Source of the DNA: Zancudomyces culisetae HAW-14-8
Lineage: Eukaryota; Fungi; Kickxellomycota
Assembly (NCBI GenBank): GCA_052426225.1
Contig: JBNJNM010000011.1
Location: 3,410,001-3,474,000, forward strand
Length of the DNA stretch: 64,000 bases
Direction of reading: 5' to 3'
The position numbers were made by a program, and so were the translations under genes. A model generated the notes under the pieces. That model saw only the letters and a list, made by a program, of their open reading frames with translations. It did not search any database and was not told the DNA's origin. Each line of letters opens with the position of its first letter. Position 1 is the stretch's first letter. Shown piece after piece: positions 28,037 through 40,298 of this stretch.

Positions 28037-29632
28037 TCTCTTTATCAAAGCCTGCGTGCTTTGGTTCAAATGAACTTTTCTATTTATTTTCTGCATTCTC
28101 GGTGTAGATTGTAGTTCTTATTTTGTATTTTATGCGTTATTATTTGTATGCTTTACTATGTACCTTTTTCCATTCGTTTTTACTATTTTTTTTTCGTAAT
28201 GTATTTGTAGAGTGTTTACACTCATCTGATCCACCTCAATTTTAATCATTTTTTTAGTTTGTCAGTATAAGCGACTTGAGTACAATCTCTTACTTTCATT
28301 CAACACATTTCACGCCTTTTTAGAGCAACACATCGGCGCTGGTATGCACATTTTTCTATAAACTTTGTTTTTCAAGCATGAACACACACAGCCCTCCCTA
28401 TTACTCGCACCATAGCTACAGGAATATTCCCCTTTATTGTCACTTACAGCACATTTAGCATAGTCTGATTCATCAAAATCGGAAAGCCTATATATTTAAT
28501 TATATTTCTTTGGTGTAACCCCTTTTTTTTGATATGTTTGGAGCTATCTTTTATTGGTATATGTTTAAGTAACCATTATTTTTTTGAGTTTAAGGAGTAA
28601 ACTTGGGTGTAAATTACTACACATAGTCATTCTTCACTCTACAAATACCATCTATAAATATATTTGCTATTGATATATTGTATCTCTTGGCTCTTTTCCT
28701 GTGTTTAATCAGGCTTAACACATAAAATATCTGCCGCCTATTTTCGAAATCGCAAATACTCATTGTTAATTATTAATTATTTAAAGATTGTAAACTTTTA
28801 AGACCACAACTGTTATAGATTGATAGTAATCTTTGGTTACACTGATACAGTCGTGTATGTTATATAAGTTATATATTATATACTGTTGGTACAACAGAGA
28901 TATTCGTTGTCTTTAGGTAAGTGCGCCTATCCCTTCCATTGAGTCTTTTTTCAAGTTTTGTTTATCTATTTAAGTGTACTGTCGAATATGTTTGATATAA
29001 TGTGCTTTTTTTGATAGGAGTGGTAAAGGTTGTGTTTTATTTTGCATTTTTGGGTACAACAGCTCAGTTGGGTCTAGCTCTTGGGATTTAGTACTCTCAA
29101 CATTTTTTAAGCCTATAAAATTATCTGGGTGCCTGCATACCAAATGCTACTCTGTAGTGTTTATTTCTTTGAATAGAACCATAATAATAATAATATCAAT
29201 GATGGGAGTTTGAGTAATACATAAAATGATAATATCTGGAGAAAATAGTCATGTAAATGAGAATATATAATGACATAAATCAAGTCAGTCTTAAGAAAGT
29301 CTTAGGGTAACTAAGAAAGTTTTCTTTTGGAGTATTTGCATAAGCACAGCAAAATACCCAAATTTAAAAGCAATCCCCAACATCTTTTTTTCTAAAGTAA
29401 CTACGAATAGAACTAGTTTGGTTTTTTTTCTTACAGGGGCTAATATGGAAATAAACACAGGAATGGTTACAGGACAACATCCTGTGTATGAATTCATGCC
29501 TTTTTCTTGGTGAGTCTCTGATGTGAAAACACATGATGCGTGTTTACCAAGGTTTTAGTACTTTGTAACTGATTAAAAATACAGTGTGAAATGAGAGTGA
29601 GAGAAGGCAATACAGATAAAAGCTTGACTGAA

Positions 29633-31156
29633 TTAGCATATTAGCTTGGGCATTTCATGCAGTGGTGAAGAAGAGTACGGCTCGCCGTCTACCCAGGCTA
29701 GCATACTCTCTGTTGAGCTAGACCTGCTGATAACAACAGGTGAACCTGGGCGTGATGTTTGAGGCGACCCTGCTAACGGTGTTGTGGAATAAATGTTTGA
29801 AAACGTCAGAATTGGGGAAGAACCAAGAACGCTGGGTGAACCGCACCGTATAATTTCGGATCCCATACCCATAGGCCCGTAAGACTGAGAAGCCATTCTA
29901 CGAGGTGTAGAGCTGTAATTTATTACAGCGGGTGGACTGTTTGAATTTGATCGTGGATGCTGTGTATAGCTTGCCTTCTTGTAGTAGGAGTCCCAGGAGA
30001 AGGGATAGTTACTCACGGAACTTGAGGGTCTGTGACTTGCATGACTCGCAAATGTATTTTGCACGTGCGCATCAGACCCAGGTGTTCGGTACTGGACGAG
30101 GCGAATCCGAATGTCGTCGTTTTGGGGCTGTGCAAAGCTCAGGCTCTTTGGTGCTGTCAGAATTCCGATGTTTTTGTTGATTGGCGGCAATTCAGCCTTT
30201 CCTCTAAGTATCTCCGATAATTTACTTGCTGTGGCTTTGGTTTCAACCTTCCTGACACATAATCCATTGGAAGAATCCAAGCCGCTCGAAAGTGCTGTGA
30301 TCTTAAAACTATAGTTTCTACCATTATTATTATCCCAGTATTCTATATTTCCCGCTTTGTATCTCACACACATCTCGATTTCAACACAACAGAGTTTATC
30401 TATTGCGCTTTGACAGATCACACCTGTATCTATTTTAAAAGTAAACAAATCCACGCCTGGGAAGTTTTGCGTAGATTTTTGCTCTACCTTGGTGAATTCT
30501 GCATTGATATCACTCGATGACCTCCATGCGTCGAGTGTATACCTGACTGTAACATTCTTTTCGAATTGTATGTTGAGCACTTTTATTTCCCCTTGTATTA
30601 CCCTCTTTTTGTCTTCGTATCTAACCTGCTCAAGCGCAACTTTTCTAGTTTCTAAGAACTCTGAATGGCCTGATGGCCCATCTATTTTGACAAATTTTAT
30701 CAAGTTCTCTTTTTTATCCTTTACCCCCTCCCTTGCCTTTGCTTCTTTCTCGTATTCATCTTTATCCCCATCTTCGTCGTCGTAGTCATCGTCTATAACA
30801 GGTTCTTTTCTGCATTTTAGCGGCTCCTGACTTAGTAAAAAGTGTCTGACCCTTTCTAGCTGATCCGAAAACTTTACTGTTTTTTTTCTGCTCTCACATT
30901 TCCCGTCCCTTTTCAAGCATGGTTTGATTTTTGGTCCTTCTTTGCACCTCTGTGACGCTTTAGTTGCTATACTCACCTTTTCTTTGCTCCCTACTCGCGT
31001 TGCCCCTCTGCTGATGTCACCATACTTGGAATACTCTAACGTATTCGGATATACAGAGCTAGTTCTATAGTTTATCCCGTTTACCCCGTTTATACCGTCA
31101 TACGTGAACTTGCCGCTCGGTACGCTAACAAATACTTTTGCAACAGGGATATACAT
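29633..31156 (-). CDS. Protein phosphatase 1 glycogen-targeting subunit (CBM21; Gac1/PPP1R3-like), intronless
   Basis: IKPCLK..KKTVKFSD (RVxF motif), LERVRHF, and CBM21 motifs VALE..GEIKVLNIQFEKNVTVRYTLDAW..EMCVRY..EYWDNNNGRNY. Confidence 0.9.
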   Translation of the reverse strand: MYIPVAKVFVSVPSGKFTYDGINGVNGINYRTSSVYPNTLEYSKYGDISRGATRVGSKEKVSIATKASQRCKEGPKIKPCLKRDGKCESRKKTVKFSDQLERVRHFLLSQEPLKCRKEPVIDDDYDDEDGDKDEYEKEAKAREGVKDKKENLIKFVKIDGPSGHSEFLETRKVALEQVRYEDKKRVIQGEIKVLNIQFEKNVTVRYTLDAWRSSSDINAEFTKVEQKSTQNFPGVDLFTFKIDTGVICQSAIDKLCCVEIEMCVRYKAGNIEYWDNNNGRNYSFKITALSSGLDSSNGLCVRKVETKATASKLSEILRGKAELPPINKNIGILTAPKSLSFAQPQNDDIRIRLVQYRTPGSDAHVQNTFASHASHRPSSSVSNYPFSWDSYYKKASYTQHPRSNSNSPPAVINYSSTPRRMASQSYGPMGMGSEIIRCGSPSVLGSSPILTFSNIYSTTPLAGSPQTSRPGSPVVISRSSSTESMLAWVDGEPYSSSPLHEMPKLIC

Positions 31157-34100
31157 GTCACTTTATTTCCGTTTCTCTGAAAGCTCTATTAAAACACTAT
31201 TTTCTAAAAATACAAGCACTCCTTTCTGCTAACGACAGCCGTAGTAAATTGTTTATTTCTAGAACTAGTCAGTTCTATTTCCTAACTATTCTTTTCGCTA
31301 GCAAGAATATGCCTGCTAAATTAGTATATGAAAGGCGAATACACTGTTTGCTTAATATTATACAGTGCGTATAATTTTGTTATGTTATGTATTACACTCT
31401 TTGTGTACTTTTTCTATATGTGCTTTGCTGCTCTTTCTATGCTTGGCAAGTGCACCTGTAGAAGAATTATGTAAACAAACGGCTAATACCACAACACGTG
31501 CTTGTGCTTATCCGAAAAAAAAAATTCAAGTATCACCTCTAAAATCAAAGAGAACTTATATTGTTCAAACGTTTTCACTTTTCTGGTATCGACAGGATGC
31601 CCTTTTATAACATCTTTTCTCTTGGATATTGGAGTTCCATAATTAAGTATTCGCAAATTGCTTCCCGCACATTTGTTTGTTTAGAAAAATAAAAATAGCA
31701 ACAAATAATTGTTGTACTTTTTGCAGTCCAGAAAAAAGTCTTAATTTACAACTAGTGGCGTGGTGTTACATGATTTTTTACTTGATTTTCCTGCCGCTTG
31801 CCTCTTTCGTTTCCAAATTACAGAAAAACTACAACACGGGAACAGGAGAAAAGAAAAATGGTGGGGATATCATCCTCTTGCATTTGCTTTGATGGGTGAT
31901 TGCATTAACGAAAGCAGTGGTCTATTTTTTTCTTCAATTATGCATATACTCGACCCAACTCTCCCCGCCTCCCTCTAATTTTATTCGTGAGGAGTTTTTA
32001 TCTGACCCTCCAAGCAAATTTTTACAAATCCATCAGCCAAACAAATTGACCAGCATGGGTTTAATGTAATGACATTCTTAGTTTGTGAATCAGGAACATT
32101 TGCATCCATTGTCCATATAAGGCGAGAAAAAAAATAGAGTAAATGTACCATTTCGCTCATAAAACAAAATTCACAAGTGTTTTTTATGCACTTTTCTTTA
32201 TTGACTATCTTTTTTCCATGCTTTCTTCATATTCCTTTACATCAGCTTTTAGAGTTGGTGAAATTAAAAATTGTTGATCCTTCTCTTTTGTTCACATACC
32301 TACAAGCTTGGTAAGTTGGTTTGCCGTTAAATCACCATATCCATGTTTTTAAAAGTTACCGCACCAGTAACGTTACTGCTAATTTGTAGCTCAACTTTGT
32401 ACCATCATACAATTAATTCTGGAATGTTTCTGAACATGAGCTTAATATATAACTGCCCTCTGTCATTATTTCAATTATTGAACTTATTTCTTATCGATTG
32501 TCTCTTAGCTGTCAAAAATGGCGGATAAATTCTAAAGAACTTTCCATAAATAATAAAGCTAATTATTCATATTAGCAATTCTTTTGAGAAAAACACTTCC
32601 CGACTCGGAACAGATCTGTTGGTAGATGGAAATGTCCTCAAAGGTGATGAATTACTGACACCAACACTCATGTATATCAGGTATGAAGGTCCGTATACTA
32701 CAATGGGGGATATGTAGAAAACAATCATCGACTTGCAAGTACCATGATGAGCTGGACTTAAAATCGCTGAGTCATCCATGGTATTGTATTTTTGCCCAAT
32801 AGAAATTTGGTATCACTAAAAAAAATCCTGCACCGTTTAAAAAACGTTTTTGTTCTTTTTTGTTGCTTTGAAAAGGAAAGCCCAATACCACCACTTGAGT
32901 ATTAACTTTCAACTCACCAATATATACACTTAGATGAGATTCCCAAAAACTCATGTTTGGTCAGTATTATCCCTATAATTTTGTCGAGAAATATATTTTT
33001 ATAGCCATAATCAAATTTAGTTAATGAATCTGAAAGCGTAAAGGAAATGATGGGAATAATGGGCATAGGTTGCATCAAACCCGCATCCATCTAAACATAG
33101 GAATTGTTTTGTGTTACCGAAAGCAAGACTGTGGTATTTTAATTCTTTACATCTCGCCAATGTCCGTGCCGATAACACTGTCATCTACCATGTAAACCAA
33201 GGCAAATTATTTAATTTGCGGCTTTTTACAAACCCACCAACAATTGGGCCTAAAGTAGACTTTTGTTTTAATAGGTCTAAAATTAAAATGCTTTTGATTA
33301 AGTTACCACAAACATGCTGGTGATTAACTCCAAGTGAATATATATGGGGCACATCTTTGTATATCGATAATAAATTCGTAGTTCATTTTTATCGGCACAG
33401 TTTTATAATTTTCATCAAATACCTGAAATATTCATTAAGATGCCGCGTATTACTTCTCACTCAGTTTATGGGGAGGAAGGTAACATGTGTAATTGTTTCA
33501 CTACAAACTCATAGCTAAACTCATCCTCCCCCTCGCTTGATTGTTTTTTTGTTTAGAAGAAACATGGGAACAGAATTGAGGTTTCAATAAAACATAATTT
33601 CATGGTGATGCTTTCAAAAATTTAACTCTGGAGACTTGGGATGCCAGTTAGTTGGTCATATCACTAAACCCCGCATACACACACACCCCCTCTTTCTCTT
33701 TCACTAGAATTAGATATGTATCAAAAAAAATTGATGTACCTGACAATTAGAAACGTTGCTATGCATAGCGGATATTGAAATCAACAACTGCTCTAGCCCC
33801 CGTCTCAACCACTGCCTTTAGAATGATGATCTTTATTTTGTTGATTCGATACCACTGTGTCGCAGTAAATTTCTGAAAACTTTGTACTCCGTCAGAATGC
33901 AACCGATAATATTAAATGGCAAATTAAATGCTAGTACTGGATAAATAAATATCTAGCTGGAATAATGTACAAATCAAGTCAACAAAACCGCGTCACAGCG
34001 TTAAAATACCATTTGTGTAATATGTACGCAACTTTAACCAATACAAGCAGAAAAATATGGCAGCTCATGCTTGCTAATTGTGAATATACTTTCAATGCAT

Positions 34101-34450
34101 GTAATATTTCGTTGTACAAGTAATCTAGATGATGCAACATATTATCGATGAAAATGGCAGACTGATTTGTACACCACACATTCTGGTTTAATTTTTATAT
34201 ATTATTTTCTCTACCTGTTTTCTTTTACAAAACAATGAAAACTTGAATGAGTATCTTCCTAGTTATTTGAGGTATTGGTAAGCATCACTTTGTTACCTGC
34301 TGGTAAGTATAATTGGGTATAGCGATACGGCAAAATCTGCAAATTTTTCAAATTTGATTTTAGCATACCCTACTAGCATAGAAAACTGTAATATTCAATT
34401 ACATTTTTTATGGTTAGTACATTGATGTTAATTAGTTGTATATTATAGGC

Positions 34451-34492
34451 AATGAGTAACGAGTACTGAGTGATGAGTAATGAGTAATGGGT
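34451..34492 (+). repeat. Six 7-nt units, consensus AATGAGT
   Basis: aatgagt aacgagt actgagt gatgagt aatgagt aatgggt. Confidence 0.75.
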
Positions 34493-35835
34493 AAAAATTT
34501 CATTATCTGTACTTGTATGTTTTGAACCCCATTAGCTGAAAGGCACACTTTACTATTTATCAATAATTCTTTTTATATTGGAAATTAAAGTCATGAATAA
34601 AATAAGCTCAACAGACCAATCTTTTAAACGTTCAATGAATCATCATAATTCACCAACTCCGAGGTTGTCAGATTTCAGGATTGTTTTATGACAAAAAATA
34701 GTTTTATTAGAATTTTGTTTCTGAAAATATATTTTTTAATAAGAAAAGTAATAAGTTCAAAAAGCCACTAGGAATAAGCACTAGGAAAAGTTATGGATCA
34801 ACTTGTATTGTTAATCTGCTTAACCGTTTCTTTTGAGTACGATGTATCGTATTTATGTTGCTGAAATACTTCTATTTCGCTGATGAAATCCCCTCATTTG
34901 AAATGGTTCTTTTAACTTCAAGATCCCTTGAATTTTGGCATCAATTTCCTTTTTGTCTGAGAAGCCTATTGAAAGTTTGTGAATAAAAATCTTTAAGCGG
35001 TTTTGGTTCTATTCAAAAGGTCTTTTCAATAGAAGATGTTAGGGAATCCTAACAGAGGTACTCTTAATATTAAAAATAATTTTATGTTTATTTATCGTGT
35101 TTGCCACTTTGAGAGTAGAAAAAGTTTTGTTGTTTTATTCTGTACTGTGCATACCTTCGTGGAGATGGCGCAAACCAATCGTAGGTCGAAATTAGCAGTT
35201 TTTTCTTGTTAAATAATCCCCTCTAAAGATCACTTTGCCATACAATCGTTACAGGTTAACCAAGCACCCTAAAAAGCATTTCCAGGCGATTGCTGTGGGT
35301 TGTGCTTATATAGCTGACATGTTCCTTTAATACCAAAACTTTCCCTAAAATAAAATACCAGAATCATTTACTTTTCTCCAAATTCAATCTTATGGGATAA
35401 ACACTTTTTTTAAAAAAAATACCGAGTTGCAATATTCAGCCTTAGCTTTTGACTTTTTCACCGCAAGACGTAGTCGGGGTTCGTAGTGAGGTATGGCATT
35501 TGATAGCGGATTCATCTTTGTATTAGGGGAGCACTCCAGTTTTTCACTGACATAAATCAACCATTACATTATGTTTTCAGAAAAGTAGTACTTTGGGACT
35601 GCTATGCTGTGCGTCTCATTTATATTCAGCAAAAAGCGACCGGTTGCACAGTCAAGGAAATAAACACGTTAAATCACATCACAATCCTACTTTAAAACTT
35701 TATCAGATGTAAACATTGACTGACTGGATACCTTTTTATTGTGCTGACAACGATAAACACCATTCAAGAGCTACAAAAAAAATAGAAAAATACCATTTCA
35801 AAAAACTAAATGAAAAACTTGAACAGTGACAACAT

Positions 35836-37719
35836 TTAGTATTTTGCTAAGTTTTGCTCTTGCAAACACAACTTTGCATTGTGTCTTCCAAGCAAGTTCC
35901 AGTTGAAAGAAGGTGGGTTGGCGATTATTTCTCTGGGGATGTCAAATGAATCGATAATGGTGTTTGTATACTGTGCCAAGTCATTCACTGCACAGTTAAG
36001 TGCATCATAACATTGGCTACCATTATCATTTGAGTACACCCCGTTTATAAGCAAGTAACTCATATCATTTTGTATGCAATCGAGCACAAAGGTTCTGAAA
36101 ACGCAGTGTATCACCTTTCTAAGCTCACCACTCTGGTTTTGCATCGCTCTGCGGAGCTCGTTTGCACAAATATACTCGCCATAAGCTCTTGAACATCTTT
36201 GAACTAATCCGGCGTCTCCATGAAGCCACAGTTCTCCCACATTCTGAAACCGGGATTGATCTTGATTTATGATCGCACCAAGCTTATTTACTCTGCTAAC
36301 AAATCTGAAGACCATTACGTCATACAATGTCTCGATACTAGTGTTTTTGACATTATTATTAGTTGGCTGAGTACCGTTCAAGTATTGGGGAAACTTAAAA
36401 GTGTTGTTTTCGAAACCATCCAAAAGTGCTTTGGTAACATGTTGCTGAAGAGCAACGTTGTTTCCTTCTGCTGTAACACCAGCATGACCAGTTTCTAGAA
36501 CAGATGACCAGCGATACCAGTTATGGTTTCCATAAGCTCCACAGTTTTCCTTGCATACTAGTGCGGTTTCCTGAGCATGCCATGTTATCAATGATTTCAT
36601 AACACCGGAAAGAACAGCGGTGTTTTTAGATTGTGAGCCTTCGTTGCTCCAACATTCCTTGGCGTGGTTCAAACCAAGATTCAGTGCTATTGTTCTGGCA
36701 ATAAGAGGTACAATCTTGTATCTATTTTGTACGAAACCAATTCTTTCCAACTCTTTTTGGAATTCCTGCGAGGAGGGTTGCACCCATGGGGCTGTTACTG
36801 CCATGCAGATTGCTGTCTTTGCAGCTGAAATACTAGCACTAGATACGCTTAGCCTTCCAAGTAAAATCTGTTCATGAATAGCTGAATATCTATCTGAAAC
36901 GTTTGGAAGAACCGAGACAAATCTGCCTTGGTTATCGATATTGGAATATCTGTTGAGTAGATATTCTCTTGGAACGCTGAGATTGTTGAACTCGAAAGAA
37001 CCAATGCTGAAATCATTGGCCTGAGCATTTTGGTTATATGGCGTAAATGTAATTTCTGGGTAGAGTTGAGAATTTTCATCTCTGAGTTTTACTAGAAAGC
37101 CGTGCAGTCCGCGCTCAACTCCATCAACCACAAGACGTGCATAAACGATGGCCCAGTTTGAGTTGGCATAACTGTTTGTGAACCAAGCATGTCTACTGTT
37201 TACTGGAGAGTTAAGCAAGAATCTTTGGGTTCTGTTATCATATATAGCAGCGACTTCAAACTCATTACACTCTGGATCAAACCCTGCTGGATAATACGGG
37301 TGCCATCCAAAAAGTTCCGAGTTTTTAAGATTTGAAAATTGGTTTTGGTGGAAACTCGTTCCGAGCTTGTACAATGCACCACCAAACGCATTATAGTGCG
37401 GAATAAGGCCCGCGTTTGTTAGTCCATTGGTAAAGCCCAAGATTTCATTTGCTGCAACCATGTTTTGGGGGTTTACATCATAGTTTTTGAAAGAGAAATA
37501 CTCACTGTTACCCAATGCTTGGTATCCGTGCAATGCCATTCTTCTTTCTAAAGGTGGTGGGAGCTCCTTGTGAGGTGCGAAAAGACTGTTATAGTTTCTG
37601 GAAATAAACTGGCGCACTTTTTGGCGATGTTCCCTGCTATCTGGCTCTAAGAGCTGGTTAAGGTTCTGACACTCGGCAGCGCTTTGGTTTGTGTTGCATT
37701 CACGGGGTTGAAAAAACAT
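35836..37719 (-). CDS. Acyl-CoA oxidase-like protein, divergent (probable pseudoenzyme), intronless, 627 aa
   Basis: ACOX scaffold motifs NAFGGALYKLGT, FLLNSP, GLHGFLVKLRD, VPREYLLNRYS, GRL, PLIART, K..CG, HAGVTAEGNN are present, but the FAD-binding motifs are altered (see findings). Confidence 0.85.
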   Translation of the reverse strand: MFFQPRECNTNQSAAECQNLNQLLEPDSREHRQKVRQFISRNYNSLFAPHKELPPPLERRMALHGYQALGNSEYFSFKNYDVNPQNMVAANEILGFTNGLTNAGLIPHYNAFGGALYKLGTSFHQNQFSNLKNSELFGWHPYYPAGFDPECNEFEVAAIYDNRTQRFLLNSPVNSRHAWFTNSYANSNWAIVYARLVVDGVERGLHGFLVKLRDENSQLYPEITFTPYNQNAQANDFSIGSFEFNNLSVPREYLLNRYSNIDNQGRFVSVLPNVSDRYSAIHEQILLGRLSVSSASISAAKTAICMAVTAPWVQPSSQEFQKELERIGFVQNRYKIVPLIARTIALNLGLNHAKECWSNEGSQSKNTAVLSGVMKSLITWHAQETALVCKENCGAYGNHNWYRWSSVLETGHAGVTAEGNNVALQQHVTKALLDGFENNTFKFPQYLNGTQPTNNNVKNTSIETLYDVMVFRFVSRVNKLGAIINQDQSRFQNVGELWLHGDAGLVQRCSRAYGEYICANELRRAMQNQSGELRKVIHCVFRTFVLDCIQNDMSYLLINGVYSNDNGSQCYDALNCAVNDLAQYTNTIIDSFDIPREIIANPPSFNWNLLGRHNAKLCLQEQNLAKY

Positions 37720-39626
37720 GTTTATTTTTTAGTGTTTGCTTTTGGAGAAAGTTTAAATTTTTTTGTGCCAGTGACAGCGATATTAGTTTTAGTTCAACTT
37801 TTTATTTATTGAATTGTTTTTTCTTACTGAAAGTATATAACCGAAATGTGGTTGTGTATTCCTCAAAACCATCCACAAGGTTGGCTTTTTATAGTTTTTC
37901 TTTTGCACAGGTGTTCGATTACCAATATTGCCCACCATCTGTTAGAAGAAAAGCGAAACAGCAGCTTTTGGAAAACCATTTCAGTAGACAGAATTCGATT
38001 TTACATTTTATGGGTTCTGATAATAGAAAACTCGATCCCTATTTGAAAATATATTGAAAAAAACTAATAAAAAATATAACATGTTAGCAAAATCTTGATT
38101 GTAAAGATTTTACTAAAAGGTTTGTGTGTACGAACCCAGAAGAATTTATTACTTCATGAAGATCCACATAATTAATATTACAGGTTGATATTTTGCTGTC
38201 ACTGAAGCTATTTATCCCATTTAATTGTACGTTTACCAACAGATTGATATACAAAACGTCAATACAAATTTATACATTCATATAAACTAGGCTGGGTCTC
38301 AAATACTAAGCAAGTTGTATTAAAGTAATTTTAAAAAAATAAGGAGTTTCTTGATTCTCTATTACCAAAATTAAAAAAAACTGCCTTAAATTAATATACA
38401 ATATGCAAATATCACATATTGATGACTGAATACTGATATTCGATTACTGAGTATCACTTTTAAAACCAAGCCAACCTCGAATTATAGTCAAAATTAAGTC
38501 ATTTACAGATCTACAAAACGATTCTTGAGATATTTCTCTTTTTGCATAACTCGTAGATAGTATGTACATGTATAGCTTTAAAGACACATTAATAAATCTG
38601 GTTGCAACCACGTGTGGAATGGCCGATTATTACAATGTTTATTACACTGACCTGATGAATAAATAAATTATTGTAGTTTAATACACCATGTTATATTAAT
38701 CAAAACACAGGTTCATAAATTAACACTTATCAAAAAAATAATAGCATATAAAGTAAAACAAAAATTAACAAAACAAACCAAAACCAATGCCACGTGTACC
38801 TACAAGTATGAGTATTTCTGTACACTACGATAGATAATAATGTTAGAACACACAATAGAATTATATACCTGCATTCTCTTGTATTTTATTAGTTAATATA
38901 TTTAGTATTATTTTATCTTATAAACAATCCAGTTTACAATTAATTAATATACCGTCCTTTTTCTCCCAAAATAATTATAGTCCTAATAATATTTATAATA
39001 ATAAAAGACCCATCCTGTATAATACTGGGTAATGGATATTACTTAGTAGTACGTTAAACATGTAATTATACTACAGATGGTCACGATTCCGAGTGTCATG
39101 TTTTCGTATTCTCTTGCTGAACCTTTAGGGTATACTAATAGTCAAATTCACTTTTCCCCACAGTATGCTTGCCCTAAATACAGACATAGAGTTATTTTAG
39201 TGAAAGTGCCTGAAATATTTACAAGGAATTGCAGAGAATAAATGTTTCAATAAAACATTGGTAGTACTTTTTGATCAAACGTAAATTTTAAGCATATTTT
39301 TCGCGGTTTTTTACACCTTCCTGAGTGTTATAGCCATCTTGAGTATGAACGATATGTTGCTAAAGTTTCGAAGCACGCAACTAAAATGCCATTAGTCGGG
39401 ATAGCAAAAGAATAAAAAAAGAAGGCGGGTTTCGAAACAAGATTTATTAACACCTAAACATACCTATCCTTGAAAAGGAAGGAACGGCTAGAAATACAGA
39501 AAAAAAAAGAACAAGTGTAGCTAATCACAAGCATATTGATCATATAAAAAACTCAGAATTCCGTATGGTAGTGGAGTAGAATCGTATAAATTACAAAAAA
39601 GAATGTATTCCTTTGCTGTTATAACT

Positions 39627-40298
39627 TCACTCATCTTCAGTTCCATCACGGGGACGATATGCTATCCCCTTTTGATTTAATTCATCCTCAACATCTTCCG
39701 GAAGCCTCCCAGAAACATAAGTGGCATATATTCCTGGAATAAATTTGTCTATAACAATATTTGACAACATATATAATGAAAGTTGATACAGATACACAAA
39801 ATCTGAAAAAGTTTATTTACCTAAGTGGTTGTATCGGCTAATCCAGCTTTTTTCCGGGTTCATCAAGGCAATTATTCTATTTATTAAAAAAAGGGATGAA
39901 GTTATGGATGTCAAAAAAAAAGAGTGGAAGGGAGAGAGAGAAAAAAATAAATAAAATGTAATCTTTTTGATATATAGATGCCACATACCCATCAAAGTTC
40001 GAACTGGTACATTCCATAATTCTGTCCATGTTATTTCGCATAAACAAGATCGATTCGCAGTTTTCACACCCATATTTTCTAAATTGCTGCGTGTTCTGTA
40101 GCATTGAAGTAATGTATATTTGTGATTGGGATTAGAATTAACGTTCAATATTTAGTCATTGCGTTGGGATGCAATCTGGAATTATCTTAAACCCTATGTG
40201 AATGTTAATATAAATAAACAAGAAAAGCAAACCTTGACCAGTGAACATAACAAACAGGCTCTTAGTTGACGTTTATCTGTTGGGACTACGAATGCCAT
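39627..40298 (-). CDS. SPT4: Transcription elongation factor Spt4; exons 40233-40298, 39989-40095, 39821-39876, 39627-39748
   Basis: LRACLLCSLVK|NTQQFRKYGCENC..CTSSNFDG|IIALMNPEKSWISR..PGIYATYVSGRLP..YRPRDG. Confidence 0.96.

Noticed and set aside
29051-29110. AGCTCAGTTGG, resembling a tRNA D-arm
   Set aside because: No T-arm (GTTCRA) or acceptor stem follows.
32311-32389. GTAAGT...GCTAAT..TAG intron-like segment
   Set aside because: The branch-to-AG spacing is unusually short and no continuous coding model with a start could be built; mentioned only as part of the intergenic finding.
32741-32781. ATGATGA...CTGA hairpin resembling a C/D snoRNA or SECIS
   Set aside because: Too short for a C/D snoRNA, helix II geometry is wrong for a SECIS, and there is no UGA-containing gene upstream.
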